Shown here: piece by piece, positions 1 through 6,400 of the stretch
How positions within the stretch are numbered: position 1 is the stretch's first letter
How the letters are laid out: every line of letters starts with the position of its first letter
NCBI GenBank assembly: GCA_964615185.1
Contig: CAZTOS010000038.1
Location: forward strand, 1-10,736
Source of the DNA: an uncultured Thermococci archaeon
Lineage (GTDB): Archaea > Methanobacteriota_B > Thermococci > Thermococcales > Thermococcaceae
Length of the DNA stretch: 10,736 nt
Direction of reading: 5' to 3'
The notes under the pieces: model-generated
What the model saw: the letters and a program-made list of their open reading frames with translations, nothing else
What the model was told of the DNA's origin: nothing
Database searches by the model: none
Made by a program: the position numbers and the translations under genes

Positions 1-517
1 ACTTGCAAGAAAAAACAGGGAGGGGCTCTTCAGAAATCATAACTGAAAAACCTGCAGTTGGTTTATTCCTTTTAAAAAAGTTCTATTACGATTACAAGCT
101 GACATGTTACTCTGATGGGAATTTACTGGTTTTATTGTCCATTGATCCGGCGAACAAGCATGATGTTACAGTGATTAAGGAGAAGTTCTGGGGGATTGTT
201 GAGAAGTTTTCTGGCTGTTTCCTGTTTTTGGATAAGGGTTACGTGAGTGGGGACTTGAGGAGGAGTTTCGGCGGTTTGGGGTCGTTTATGTTCCGGTGAA
301 GCGGGAGAATCAGATTAGTGATCTGGAGGAGAAGAAGTTTTACAAGTACTTGTCTGATTTTCGCAGGCGGATTGAAACGCTGTTTTCTAAGCTGGACGCT
401 TTCCTGTTAAGGCCGAGCAGGAGTGTTACTCTGAGAGGCTTGGCTGTCAGGATTTTAGTGGCGATTCTAGCAGTTAATCTGGATCGCTTATACAACTTCA
501 CAGGTGGTGGGAACTAG
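1..517 (+). pseudogene. IS982-family DDE transposase, frameshifted C-terminal part (ORFs 3..299 and 296..517 belong to one gene)
   Basis: Motifs FYY(D)YKL, DPANKHD, FLDKGY and RRRIETLFSK. After DKGYVSG the protein continues in another frame as LEEEFRRFGVVYVPVKRENQ, implying a 1-nt deletion at about 249-254. A second frame switch is likely near 20-25, from frame 2 LARKNR to frame 3 GSSEII. Confidence 0.85.
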
Positions 518-520
518 GAT
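1..520 (+). mobile_element. IS982-family (ISPfu3-like) insertion sequence remnant, right-hand part; the left part lies outside the window
   Basis: Contains the DDE transposase fragments listed below. The sequence GGGAACTAGGAT (509-520) spanning the stop codon is one mismatch from a ...GGGT right end; IS982 ends typically begin ACCC. AT-rich intergenic DNA follows within a few bases. Confidence 0.75.
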
Positions 521-554
521 AGGTGTACTAATATATTACAACAAATGATTGTAT

Positions 555-574
555 ATATAACATAATATAACATA
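555..574. repeat. Perfect 10-bp tandem repeat (ATATAACATA x2) upstream of the dha TATA box
   Basis: Read directly at 555-564 and 565-574. Confidence 0.75.
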
Positions 575-595
575 TTAAATTATTATAACGCTATG

Positions 596-605
596 TTTAT
601 AAATA
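596..605 (+). promoter_or_regulatory. Putative archaeal TATA box of the dha-pts operon
   Basis: TTTATAAATA about 45-50 nt upstream of the dhaK ATG, with a purine-rich RBS AGGGGGATGG at 636-645. Confidence 0.6.
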
Positions 606-648
606 TTTGATGCAAAATGTATCATAAATATTTGCAGGGGGATGGTTT

Positions 649-1650
649 ATGAAAAAGCTAATTAACAAGCCGGAAAATGTTGTTAAAGAAATGCTGGAAG
701 GAATGGCAGCGGCACACCCTGACCTCATAAAGGTACATTTCGAGCCAAACTTTATCTATAGAGCAGACGCACCAGTAAAAGGGAAGGTAGCTTTAATTTC
801 AGGTGGAGGTTCTGGACATGAACCACTCCACGGAGGGTATGTCGGAAAGGGTATGCTCGATGCAGCATGTCCAGGAAACGTTTTCACTTCTCCAACACCT
901 GATCAGATGTATGAGGCAGGAAAAGTTGTAAACAGTGGTGCTGGGATTCTCCTAATAGTAAAAAACTACACAGGAGATGTTATGAACTTTGATATGGCCG
1001 CAGAGCTTCTTAAAGCTGAAGGCCACAAGGTTGAGTCCGTCGTCATAGCAGATGACGTTGCTGTTGAACAGTCTCTCTACAGTGCTGGAAGAAGAGGTGT
1101 TGGAGGGACAGTCTTTGCTGAAAAGATTGGAGGTGCTGCTGCTGAAAAAGGATGGCCTTTAGAGGAGGTAAAAAGAGTTGTCCAGAAAGTAGCGGACAAT
1201 GTTCGTTCCATTGGGATTGCATTGACGCCATGTACTGTTCCAGCAGCCGGAAAGCCCACATTTGAGCTTAAGGAGGATGAATTTGAATTTGGAATTGGTA
1301 TTCATGGAGAACCGGGGAGAAGAAGACTGAAGATGAAGCCAGCTGATGAGATAGTGCAAATGATGATGGATGCAATTCTCAAGGACATGCCCCTCGAGAA
1401 AGGTGATGAAGTTGCACTTTTAATTAATGGAATGGGTGGAACACCCTTGATGGAACTTTATATTGTGAACAGAAAGGTCAGTCAGATTCTGGATAACATA
1501 GGTGTCAAACGTTACAGAACTTTGGTAGGAAATTACATAACTTCCCTTGAAATGCAGGGTGCTTCTATAACAGTGTTAAAACTTGATGAGGAATTGAAGG
1601 AGCTGTTGGATGCTCCAGTACATACTCCTGCCCTTAGATGGGGCATCTGA
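649..1650 (+). CDS. dhaK: PTS-dependent dihydroxyacetone kinase, DHA-binding subunit K
   Basis: 333 aa starting MKKLINKPE, with [22 protein letters not shown] and GIHGEPG (the His that binds DHA covalently), and C-terminal TSLEMQG and [10 protein letters not shown]. Confidence 0.96.
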   Translation: MKKLINKPENVVKEMLEGMAAAHPDLIKVHFEPNFIYRADAPVKGKVALISGGGSGHEPLHGGYVGKGMLDAACPGNVFTSPTPDQMYEAGKVVNSGAGILLIVKNYTGDVMNFDMAAELLKAEGHKVESVVIADDVAVEQSLYSAGRRGVGGTVFAEKIGGAAAEKGWPLEEVKRVVQKVADNVRSIGIALTPCTVPAAGKPTFELKEDEFEFGIGIHGEPGRRRLKMKPADEIVQMMMDAILKDMPLEKGDEVALLINGMGGTPLMELYIVNRKVSQILDNIGVKRYRTLVGNYITSLEMQGASITVLKLDEELKELLDAPVHTPALRWGI

Positions 1651-1677
1651 TTTTCTTAACTTTTTTGGGTGATTAGA

Positions 1678-2313
1678 ATGATGTATGATACAGAATATTT
1701 CATTAGATTTGTAAAAATATTTGCAAAATATCTTGCAGAAAATAAAGACTACTTGACACAACTGGATGCTGCAATTGGAGATGGGGATCATGGTATAAAT
1801 ATGGACAGAGGTGCCAGAGTTGCGTTGGAGAGACTTGAATCTATAAATCCCAAAACCCCCGGAGAGATCATGAGAACTGTTGGGATGGCATTACTTTCAA
1901 GTGTAGGTGGTGCTGCCGGACCACTTTATGGTACTGTGTTCATGAGGATGAGCATGACTTTCAGGAACAAGGAACAGGTTGATGATAAAGAACTAGTTTC
2001 CGCACTTGAGCAAGCATTGCTTGGGATAAAGGGGCTTGGAAAGGCAGAGGTTGGAGATAAAACCATGGTGGATGTATGGGAACCTGTGGTCATTTTTTTG
2101 AAAGAAAAGATTGAAAATGGAAGAACTTTGCCAGAGATGTGTAAAGATGTAGTATCACTGGCAGAAGAGTGTGTTAAAGCTACCATCCCACTGCAGGCAA
2201 GGAAAGGTAGGGCGTCATATCTTGGTGAAAGAAGTATTGGTCATCAAGATCCGGGAGCAACAAGCTCATATTACTTTTTTAAGAGTCTTTGTGAGGCAAT
2301 ACGGGGGGAGTAG
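1678..2313 (+). CDS. dhaL: Dihydroxyacetone kinase ADP-binding subunit L
   Basis: Motifs LDAAIGDGDHG, GGAAGPLYG, GKAEVGDKTMVD and KGRASYLGERSIGHQDPGA. The ORF-track GTG at 1669 is part of the RBS GGTGA (1668-1672), so the start is probably ATG 1678 (or 1681). Confidence 0.95.
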   Translation: MMYDTEYFIRFVKIFAKYLAENKDYLTQLDAAIGDGDHGINMDRGARVALERLESINPKTPGEIMRTVGMALLSSVGGAAGPLYGTVFMRMSMTFRNKEQVDDKELVSALEQALLGIKGLGKAEVGDKTMVDVWEPVVIFLKEKIENGRTLPEMCKDVVSLAEECVKATIPLQARKGRASYLGERSIGHQDPGATSSYYFFKSLCEAIRGE

Positions 2314-2315
2314 CC

Positions 2316-2705
2316 TTGCTCTCGGTTTTAATTCTTTCACACAGTCCAGATATTGCAAAAGGCCTTAAGAAAATGTGTCTTCAGATGGTTTCAGATGGTG
2401 TTATTATTGATGCCATAGGAGGCACAAGAGATGGGAGCCTTGGAATCGATGCAGAGCTTGTTTTGACTAAGCTAAAAGAGATGACAGCTGAAAGTGATGG
2501 AGTTGTTATATTGGGGGATATTGGTAGTACAATAATGGCGGCGAAAAATGCTATAAACATGCTTGGAATTTCAGAAAAAGTGCGTATAGCTGATGCTCCA
2601 CTCGTTGAAGGAGCACTCGTAGCAGCTATTGAAGCTTCTATAGGTTCTTCAATAGAAGAAGTTGTCAGAAAAGCCGAGAAAGTAAAATTCGTAAGTAAGC
2701 TCTGA
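2316..2705 (+). CDS. dhaM: Dihydroxyacetone kinase phosphotransferase subunit M, stand-alone mannose-family EIIA domain
   Basis: 129 aa with ILSHS (phospho-His9), GG(T)xDGSLG, GDIGS and DAPLVEGA. TTG start with a G-rich RBS inside the end of dhaL. Confidence 0.92.
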   Translation: MLSVLILSHSPDIAKGLKKMCLQMVSDGVIIDAIGGTRDGSLGIDAELVLTKLKEMTAESDGVVILGDIGSTIMAAKNAINMLGISEKVRIADAPLVEGALVAAIEASIGSSIEEVVRKAEKVKFVSKL

Positions 2706-2714
2706 GGTGTCCTC

Positions 2715-2981
2715 ATGGTGAAAATAGTTAAAAGGATAATTGTTACAAATCCAGAGGGACTTCATGCAAGACCCGCAGGCAAGCTTGTCAAGTTGTTATC
2801 TGGAGTAAAGAGCTCGGTTATCATAAAGTATGGTGATAAAGAGATCAACGCAAAAAGCATTCTCAGCATTATGGCTCTCGGAATAAACCCTGGGGAGGAG
2901 ATAGAAATCATGATAGAGGGAGAAGATGCTGAATCAGCGTTGAAAATAGTTGAAGGTGTTGTATGTGAGAACGAAAATTGA
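2715..2981 (+). CDS. ptsH: Phosphocarrier protein HPr
   Basis: 88 aa with GLHARPA (His15 equivalent) and NAKSILSIMALG (Ser46 equivalent, 31 residues after the His). RBS GAGGTG at 2704-2709. Confidence 0.96.
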   Translation: MVKIVKRIIVTNPEGLHARPAGKLVKLLSGVKSSVIIKYGDKEINAKSILSIMALGINPGEEIEIMIEGEDAESALKIVEGVVCENEN

Positions 2982-4551
2982 AATTCATGTTAATGCATCA
3001 AATATAGTGTCTGAGGGCTATGCTTATGGTCGTTTAATATGTGTGAAGAGAACTGCTTCTCATTTGGATGGGGATTATTTAATAAGCTTGGAAGAACTAA
3101 AGAGAATTGCGAGAGAACTTGAGATGAGAATAGAGAGGGAATATGGAAGTTCTGGGTTATCTAGGGAAATAGGTGAGGTCCATATTATGATTCTCAATGA
3201 TCCTTTGCTGTGGGGAGAACTCGAGAAAAAGGCAAGGGAAAAAGGGAGAAAACTCTCTGTAGAGGATATCATGGAGGTGAGGGATAATATAATAAACCTC
3301 CTTATGGAGAGTGACAACCCATTGATTAAGGAGAGACAATATGATATCAAAGATCTTTTCAATGCACTACTTTCTGGGACTATGCATCTGACAATCAATA
3401 AGGGTGATGTGGTTTATATTGACGAGCTTTATCCTTCAGATATTCTTGCATTCCACAATGCTGGGGTAGGTGCTATTCTGAGTCATAGGGGGTCCCCTAC
3501 ATCCCATGCCTCAATCTTAGCTCAGGCTCTTGAAATCCCTTATATATATAATGTACCTCCACTTGATGAGTATTGTGGTAGAATGGTTTTTGTGGATGCA
3601 GTTCATGGTAAAATAGTGATAGATCCGAAAAATATTGGGGCCATAGAAGCTCTCATCAAAGAGTATGACTCTGAGAAGAAGAGCCTTAAAAAATATTCTA
3701 GCATGAAGTTTGAGGGTATTGAGGTCATGGCTAATGTAGGATTTCTTCAAGAAATAGATGTAGCTAAGAAAAAAGGAGCCGATGGAATTGGTCTCTTTAG
3801 GACTGAGTTCTTGTTTCTCAACAGAATTCATCCACCATCAGAAGATGAACAATTTTTGGTTTATAAGAAAATTCTCGAAACATTTTCTCCGTCTAAAGTA
3901 ATAATTAGATTACTTGATATTGGAGGGGATAAAAAGGTTCCTTATCTTAGACTTCCAGAGGAGGATAATCCATTTCTAGGATTAAGGGGAATAAGAGCAC
4001 TAATAAAAAACGAAGAAATATTAAAAACTCAGTTAAAAGCTTTAATACGAGCTTCTCTTTATGGCAACCTTGGAATACTTATTCCTATGGTGTCAAAACC
4101 GGAGGAGGTGATTTATGTTAAAAAAGTACTCAGAAAAATTTCTAAGATGATTGAGTCCTGTGGAAGCTTTAAACTGGGTATTATGATTGAGGTTCCTTCT
4201 GTTATTTTTTCAATAGAAAAATTCATAGATCACATAGATTTTGCTAGTATAGGCACGAATGACTTGACCCAATATATTTTAGCTGCAGATAGAATGAATC
4301 CAAATGTCTCGAGATATTATAATGATGAGGATGATGCAGTACTTGAGGCAATAAAAATAGTAGTTGAAAAAATGAGAGAGGCAGGAAAACCTGTTGGAAT
4401 CTGTGGTGAACTGGCAGGAAAGAGTCGTATAATTAAAACTCTTTTAAATTTTGGTATAAATTCTTTTTCTGTTGCACCAGCAAAGATACCACGAATAAAA
4501 AAAGCCGTGTACGAAGCATTAAAAGAAATGGGAAATACAAAAGGGTTATAA
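2965..4551 (+). CDS. ptsI: Phosphoenolpyruvate-protein phosphotransferase (PTS enzyme I)
   Basis: Motifs GSPTSHASIL (phospho-His, codon 3505-3507), GIGLFRTEF, RLLDIGGDK, EDNPFLGLRGIR, MIEVP, SIGTNDLTQY and GICGELAG (catalytic Cys, 4402-4404). The start is uncertain: GTG 2965 follows RBS AGGTG (2954-2958), while the ORF is open from TTG 2950. Confidence 0.94.
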   Translation: MRTKIEIHVNASNIVSEGYAYGRLICVKRTASHLDGDYLISLEELKRIARELEMRIEREYGSSGLSREIGEVHIMILNDPLLWGELEKKAREKGRKLSVEDIMEVRDNIINLLMESDNPLIKERQYDIKDLFNALLSGTMHLTINKGDVVYIDELYPSDILAFHNAGVGAILSHRGSPTSHASILAQALEIPYIYNVPPLDEYCGRMVFVDAVHGKIVIDPKNIGAIEALIKEYDSEKKSLKKYSSMKFEGIEVMANVGFLQEIDVAKKKGADGIGLFRTEFLFLNRIHPPSEDEQFLVYKKILETFSPSKVIIRLLDIGGDKKVPYLRLPEEDNPFLGLRGIRALIKNEEILKTQLKALIRASLYGNLGILIPMVSKPEEVIYVKKVLRKISKMIESCGSFKLGIMIEVPSVIFSIEKFIDHIDFASIGTNDLTQYILAADRMNPNVSRYYNDEDDAVLEAIKIVVEKMREAGKPVGICGELAGKSRIIKTLLNFGINSFSVAPAKIPRIKKAVYEALKEMGNTKGL

Positions 4552-5670
4552 TGATTCAAATCTGTTTTTAAGCCTTTCAAGAACGTGTGGTAAGGTTGTG
4601 TACTCCATTTCCTCAAGTGGTAGTCTGTGTGGTTCAAATGGTCCATGCCTTCTCATGTAATCTGTAATCTCCAATGCTTTCTGTCTTGTCCAATCAAATG
4701 CTGGATCATCGAAGAGGTCAACCGGACCAATCAGCTTTCCTTCTGGGCTTATCTGCCATCCCAAAGCGACGGCTCTTGGGGGTCCATCGAATCTTGAGGG
4801 AGTTGCATATTTAAGTGGTACTGGCATTATTGGTCCGTTGTGAGAACCTCTCATCCAACCGCTTACCAAGTGTGGAAATGCAAACGGCTCAAGAACTTCT
4901 CCAAGAGCTGGTAAACCACTCTGAGCCCTTACTATTGCCACAGGATCATCCTTTCCTACATACTCGCCAGCAATTTCATAAAGCTTTTCTGTAGAAACGA
5001 CGGCAACTGGTTCATCTTTCGGTATCTTGTGCCCTTCTTTTGGATAGACCCTCTTTATGACATATCTTGACTTTGCTCCAATCAATGCTAATATGTCATA
5101 CATTTCCTCTGGAGAATTCATCATTACTCTTTTATGCTCCCTAATATCCCAAATTTCAAATCTAAATCCCATATGCATGTTTGGATCGATTACAAGTCCA
5201 GCTGTGTTGAATGGGTCAGCGAACATTCTGAAGATCGGCAGGTTAAATGCTCCCGGCTCAGTTTTGTCCATGTGAAATGTGACTATTGGCTCGCTTTTCC
5301 TTAGGGTGATTTCCATTTCGGCAGCTCCTGGGCCCATTCCTCTAATATTTCCGCTGAATGCATCTTTGAGCAAATCTTGCCCAGCCCCATAAAGACCAAG
5401 CTCTTTGGCAACTTTAGTTGCCTCTTTGAATGTATTCCAAGCCAAGCCATGAATGTCTGGACTGTCAACTCCTTTCTTATGTGTCATTATCAATTGCAGG
5501 TCATCGCCACAATATGTGACGTGGAAGTCAATTATTACTCCTTCTTCTTTTGCCTTCGAGAGAATTTCTTTTGCCCTCTCAATTAGAGCTGGGTGAACCT
5601 TGTGGTGTCCTGGCCAGCCTCCTATGTCTGCTTTTATAACGCTAATTGTTATTTTTTCCCCAACTGCCAT
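4546..5670 (-). CDS. fbp: Bifunctional fructose-1,6-bisphosphate aldolase/phosphatase (class V FBPase)
   Basis: 374 aa with SVIKADIGG, GDD, GLYGAGQDLL, DKTEPGAFN, YVGKDDP (Schiff-base Lys), GWMRGSH and HGPFEPHRL. RBS GGTGAT lies upstream. Confidence 0.97.
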   Translation of the reverse strand: MAVGEKITISVIKADIGGWPGHHKVHPALIERAKEILSKAKEEGVIIDFHVTYCGDDLQLIMTHKKGVDSPDIHGLAWNTFKEATKVAKELGLYGAGQDLLKDAFSGNIRGMGPGAAEMEITLRKSEPIVTFHMDKTEPGAFNLPIFRMFADPFNTAGLVIDPNMHMGFRFEIWDIREHKRVMMNSPEEMYDILALIGAKSRYVIKRVYPKEGHKIPKDEPVAVVSTEKLYEIAGEYVGKDDPVAIVRAQSGLPALGEVLEPFAFPHLVSGWMRGSHNGPIMPVPLKYATPSRFDGPPRAVALGWQISPEGKLIGPVDLFDDPAFDWTRQKALEITDYMRRHGPFEPHRLPLEEMEYTTLPHVLERLKNRFESL

Positions 5671-5705
5671 TGCTAATCACCAGATAATTTTTATGTTATT
5701 TTAAA

Positions 5706-5714
5706 CTTATAAAA
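5706..5714 (-). promoter_or_regulatory. TATA box of fbp
   Basis: Minus-strand TTTTATAAG about 36-44 nt upstream of the ATG. Confidence 0.65.
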
Positions 5715-5732
5715 TTTTGTTAGGCAAGTTTG

Positions 5733-5749
5733 TATCACTACAAATGATA
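5733..5749. promoter_or_regulatory. Thermococcales Glycolytic Motif (Tgr/TrmBL1 site) upstream of the fbp TATA box
   Basis: TATCAC-TACAA-ATGATA, one mismatch from TATCAC-N5-GTGATA, inside the perfect inverted repeat TTTGTATCA-N7-TGATACAAA (5729-5753). Its position upstream of BRE/TATA matches the activating arrangement known for gluconeogenic genes. Confidence 0.85.
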
Positions 5750-5829
5750 CAAAAATCTGAAAAGTCTTTGATTATGAAAATATTTTGCTTGTAAAATATA
5801 AAAGAACAGGCAAAGATTCTTTATGTTTA

Positions 5830-6063
5830 TCACTCACAAATATCACTCCATCCAAACTCCTCTTTAACGACCTTTATCAGGTTTTTGAGTTCTTCTTTTT
5901 TAATGTTAACACTGCTTGTTGCTCCTACAAGAGCTATGATTCCATGAATTTCTTCTTGGACTTGTATAACGTCATCGCTGACTTTCATGACTTTGAGCTC
6001 TCTTTTTGCCATCTCCTCCTCACTAATCTTAAATTTGTCTTGTCCAATCATTATGACACTCAT
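5830..6063 (-). CDS. Small hypothetical protein (77 aa)
   Basis: K/E/I-rich, host-like composition. RBS GGTGA precedes ATG 6063, making it a more likely start than TTG 6075. Tandem stops TGA TAA, and BRE/TATA GGAAAG-TTTTATTA at 6110-6097. Confidence 0.75.
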   Translation of the reverse strand: MSVIMIGQDKFKISEEEMAKRELKVMKVSDDVIQVQEEIHGIIALVGATSSVNIKKEELKNLIKVVKEEFGWSDICE

Positions 6064-6125
6064 ATCACTCACCAAGTGATATTATTGTATTAAAGTTAAT
6101 AAAACTTTCCGCAAAATTAGGATAA

Positions 6126-6137
6126 AGCTTATAAGCT
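6126..6137 (+). promoter_or_regulatory. TATA box of tRNA-Trp
   Basis: A-rich BRE followed by CTTATAAG, within the palindrome AGCTTATAAGCT, about 30 nt before the mature 5' end. Confidence 0.65.
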
Positions 6138-6164
6138 GATCCACACCTAAGGAGTATTGGACGT

Positions 6165-6305
6165 GGGGGCGTGGTGTAGCCTGGTCCATCATCGCGGGCT
6201 CCAGAGGTGTGAAGACAGGCGGGTTTGCTGATTTGGGGATGAGCCTTTGGAGCTCTGACCCGGAGAAACCCGCGGACCGGGGTTCAAATCCCCGCGCCCC
6301 CACCA
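6165..6305 (+). tRNA. tRNA-Trp(CCA) with a 63-nt intron (6205-6267) at position 37/38; CCA end encoded
   Basis: Acceptor stem GGGGGCG/CGCCCCC, anticodon stem GCGGG/CCCGC, anticodon CCA at 6201-6203, T-arm GGTTCAAATCC and ACCA 3' end. Bulge-helix-bulge motif: CTCC (6199-6202) pairs with GGAG (6262-6265), with 3-nt bulges AGA and AAA. Confidence 0.97.
6205..6267 (+). ncRNA. Intron-encoded box C/D guide RNA predicted to direct 2'-O-methylation of C34 and C39 of pre-tRNA-Trp
   Basis: Box C GTGAAGA 6209-6215, D' CTGA 6228-6231, C' GGGATGA 6236-6242, D CTGA 6255-6258. Guide GCGGGTTT pairs with 6266-6273 and guide CCTTTGGAGC pairs with 6198-6207. The N+5 rule lands on 6269 (C39) and 6201 (C34). Confidence 0.92.
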
Positions 6306-6400
6306 TTTAGCAATTCTAATAGAGAAATCTATTCTTGGGCTCATTTAATTCCTCGCCTCATCATAAAATCAGAAAGGAGAACGATAATCATCGCCCAAAG

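Noticed and set aside
620..636. Possible TGM in the dha promoter (TATCAT-AAATA-TTTGCA)
   Set aside because: The second half-site does not resemble GTGATA, so direct Tgr/TrmBL1 control cannot be claimed.
521..648. CRISPR leader or array in the AT-rich repeat region
   Set aside because: The repeats are only 10-11 bp with no repeat-spacer periodicity, and no cas genes are present.
2950..4551. Calling the large ORF PEP synthase or pyruvate phosphate dikinase
   Set aside because: It has no N-terminal ATP-grasp domain, and the RLLDIGGDK motif and adjacent HPr identify enzyme I.
1043..4646. Short overlapping ORFs across the dha-pts operon (e.g. 1043..1261, 1926..2186, 2171..2368, 2381..2716, 3075..3398, 3517..3831, 4317..4646)
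   Set aside because: They overlap well-supported genes, mostly antisense, have atypical composition and show no recognisable motifs.
6165..6305. tRNA-Trp as the integration site of the dha-pts island
   Set aside because: Two core-like genes separate it from the island, I saw no duplicated tRNA fragment, and there is no integrase in the window.
6082..6306. 74-aa minus-strand ORF starting MVGARGFEPR
   Set aside because: It is the antisense translation of tRNA-Trp, a typical shadow ORF.
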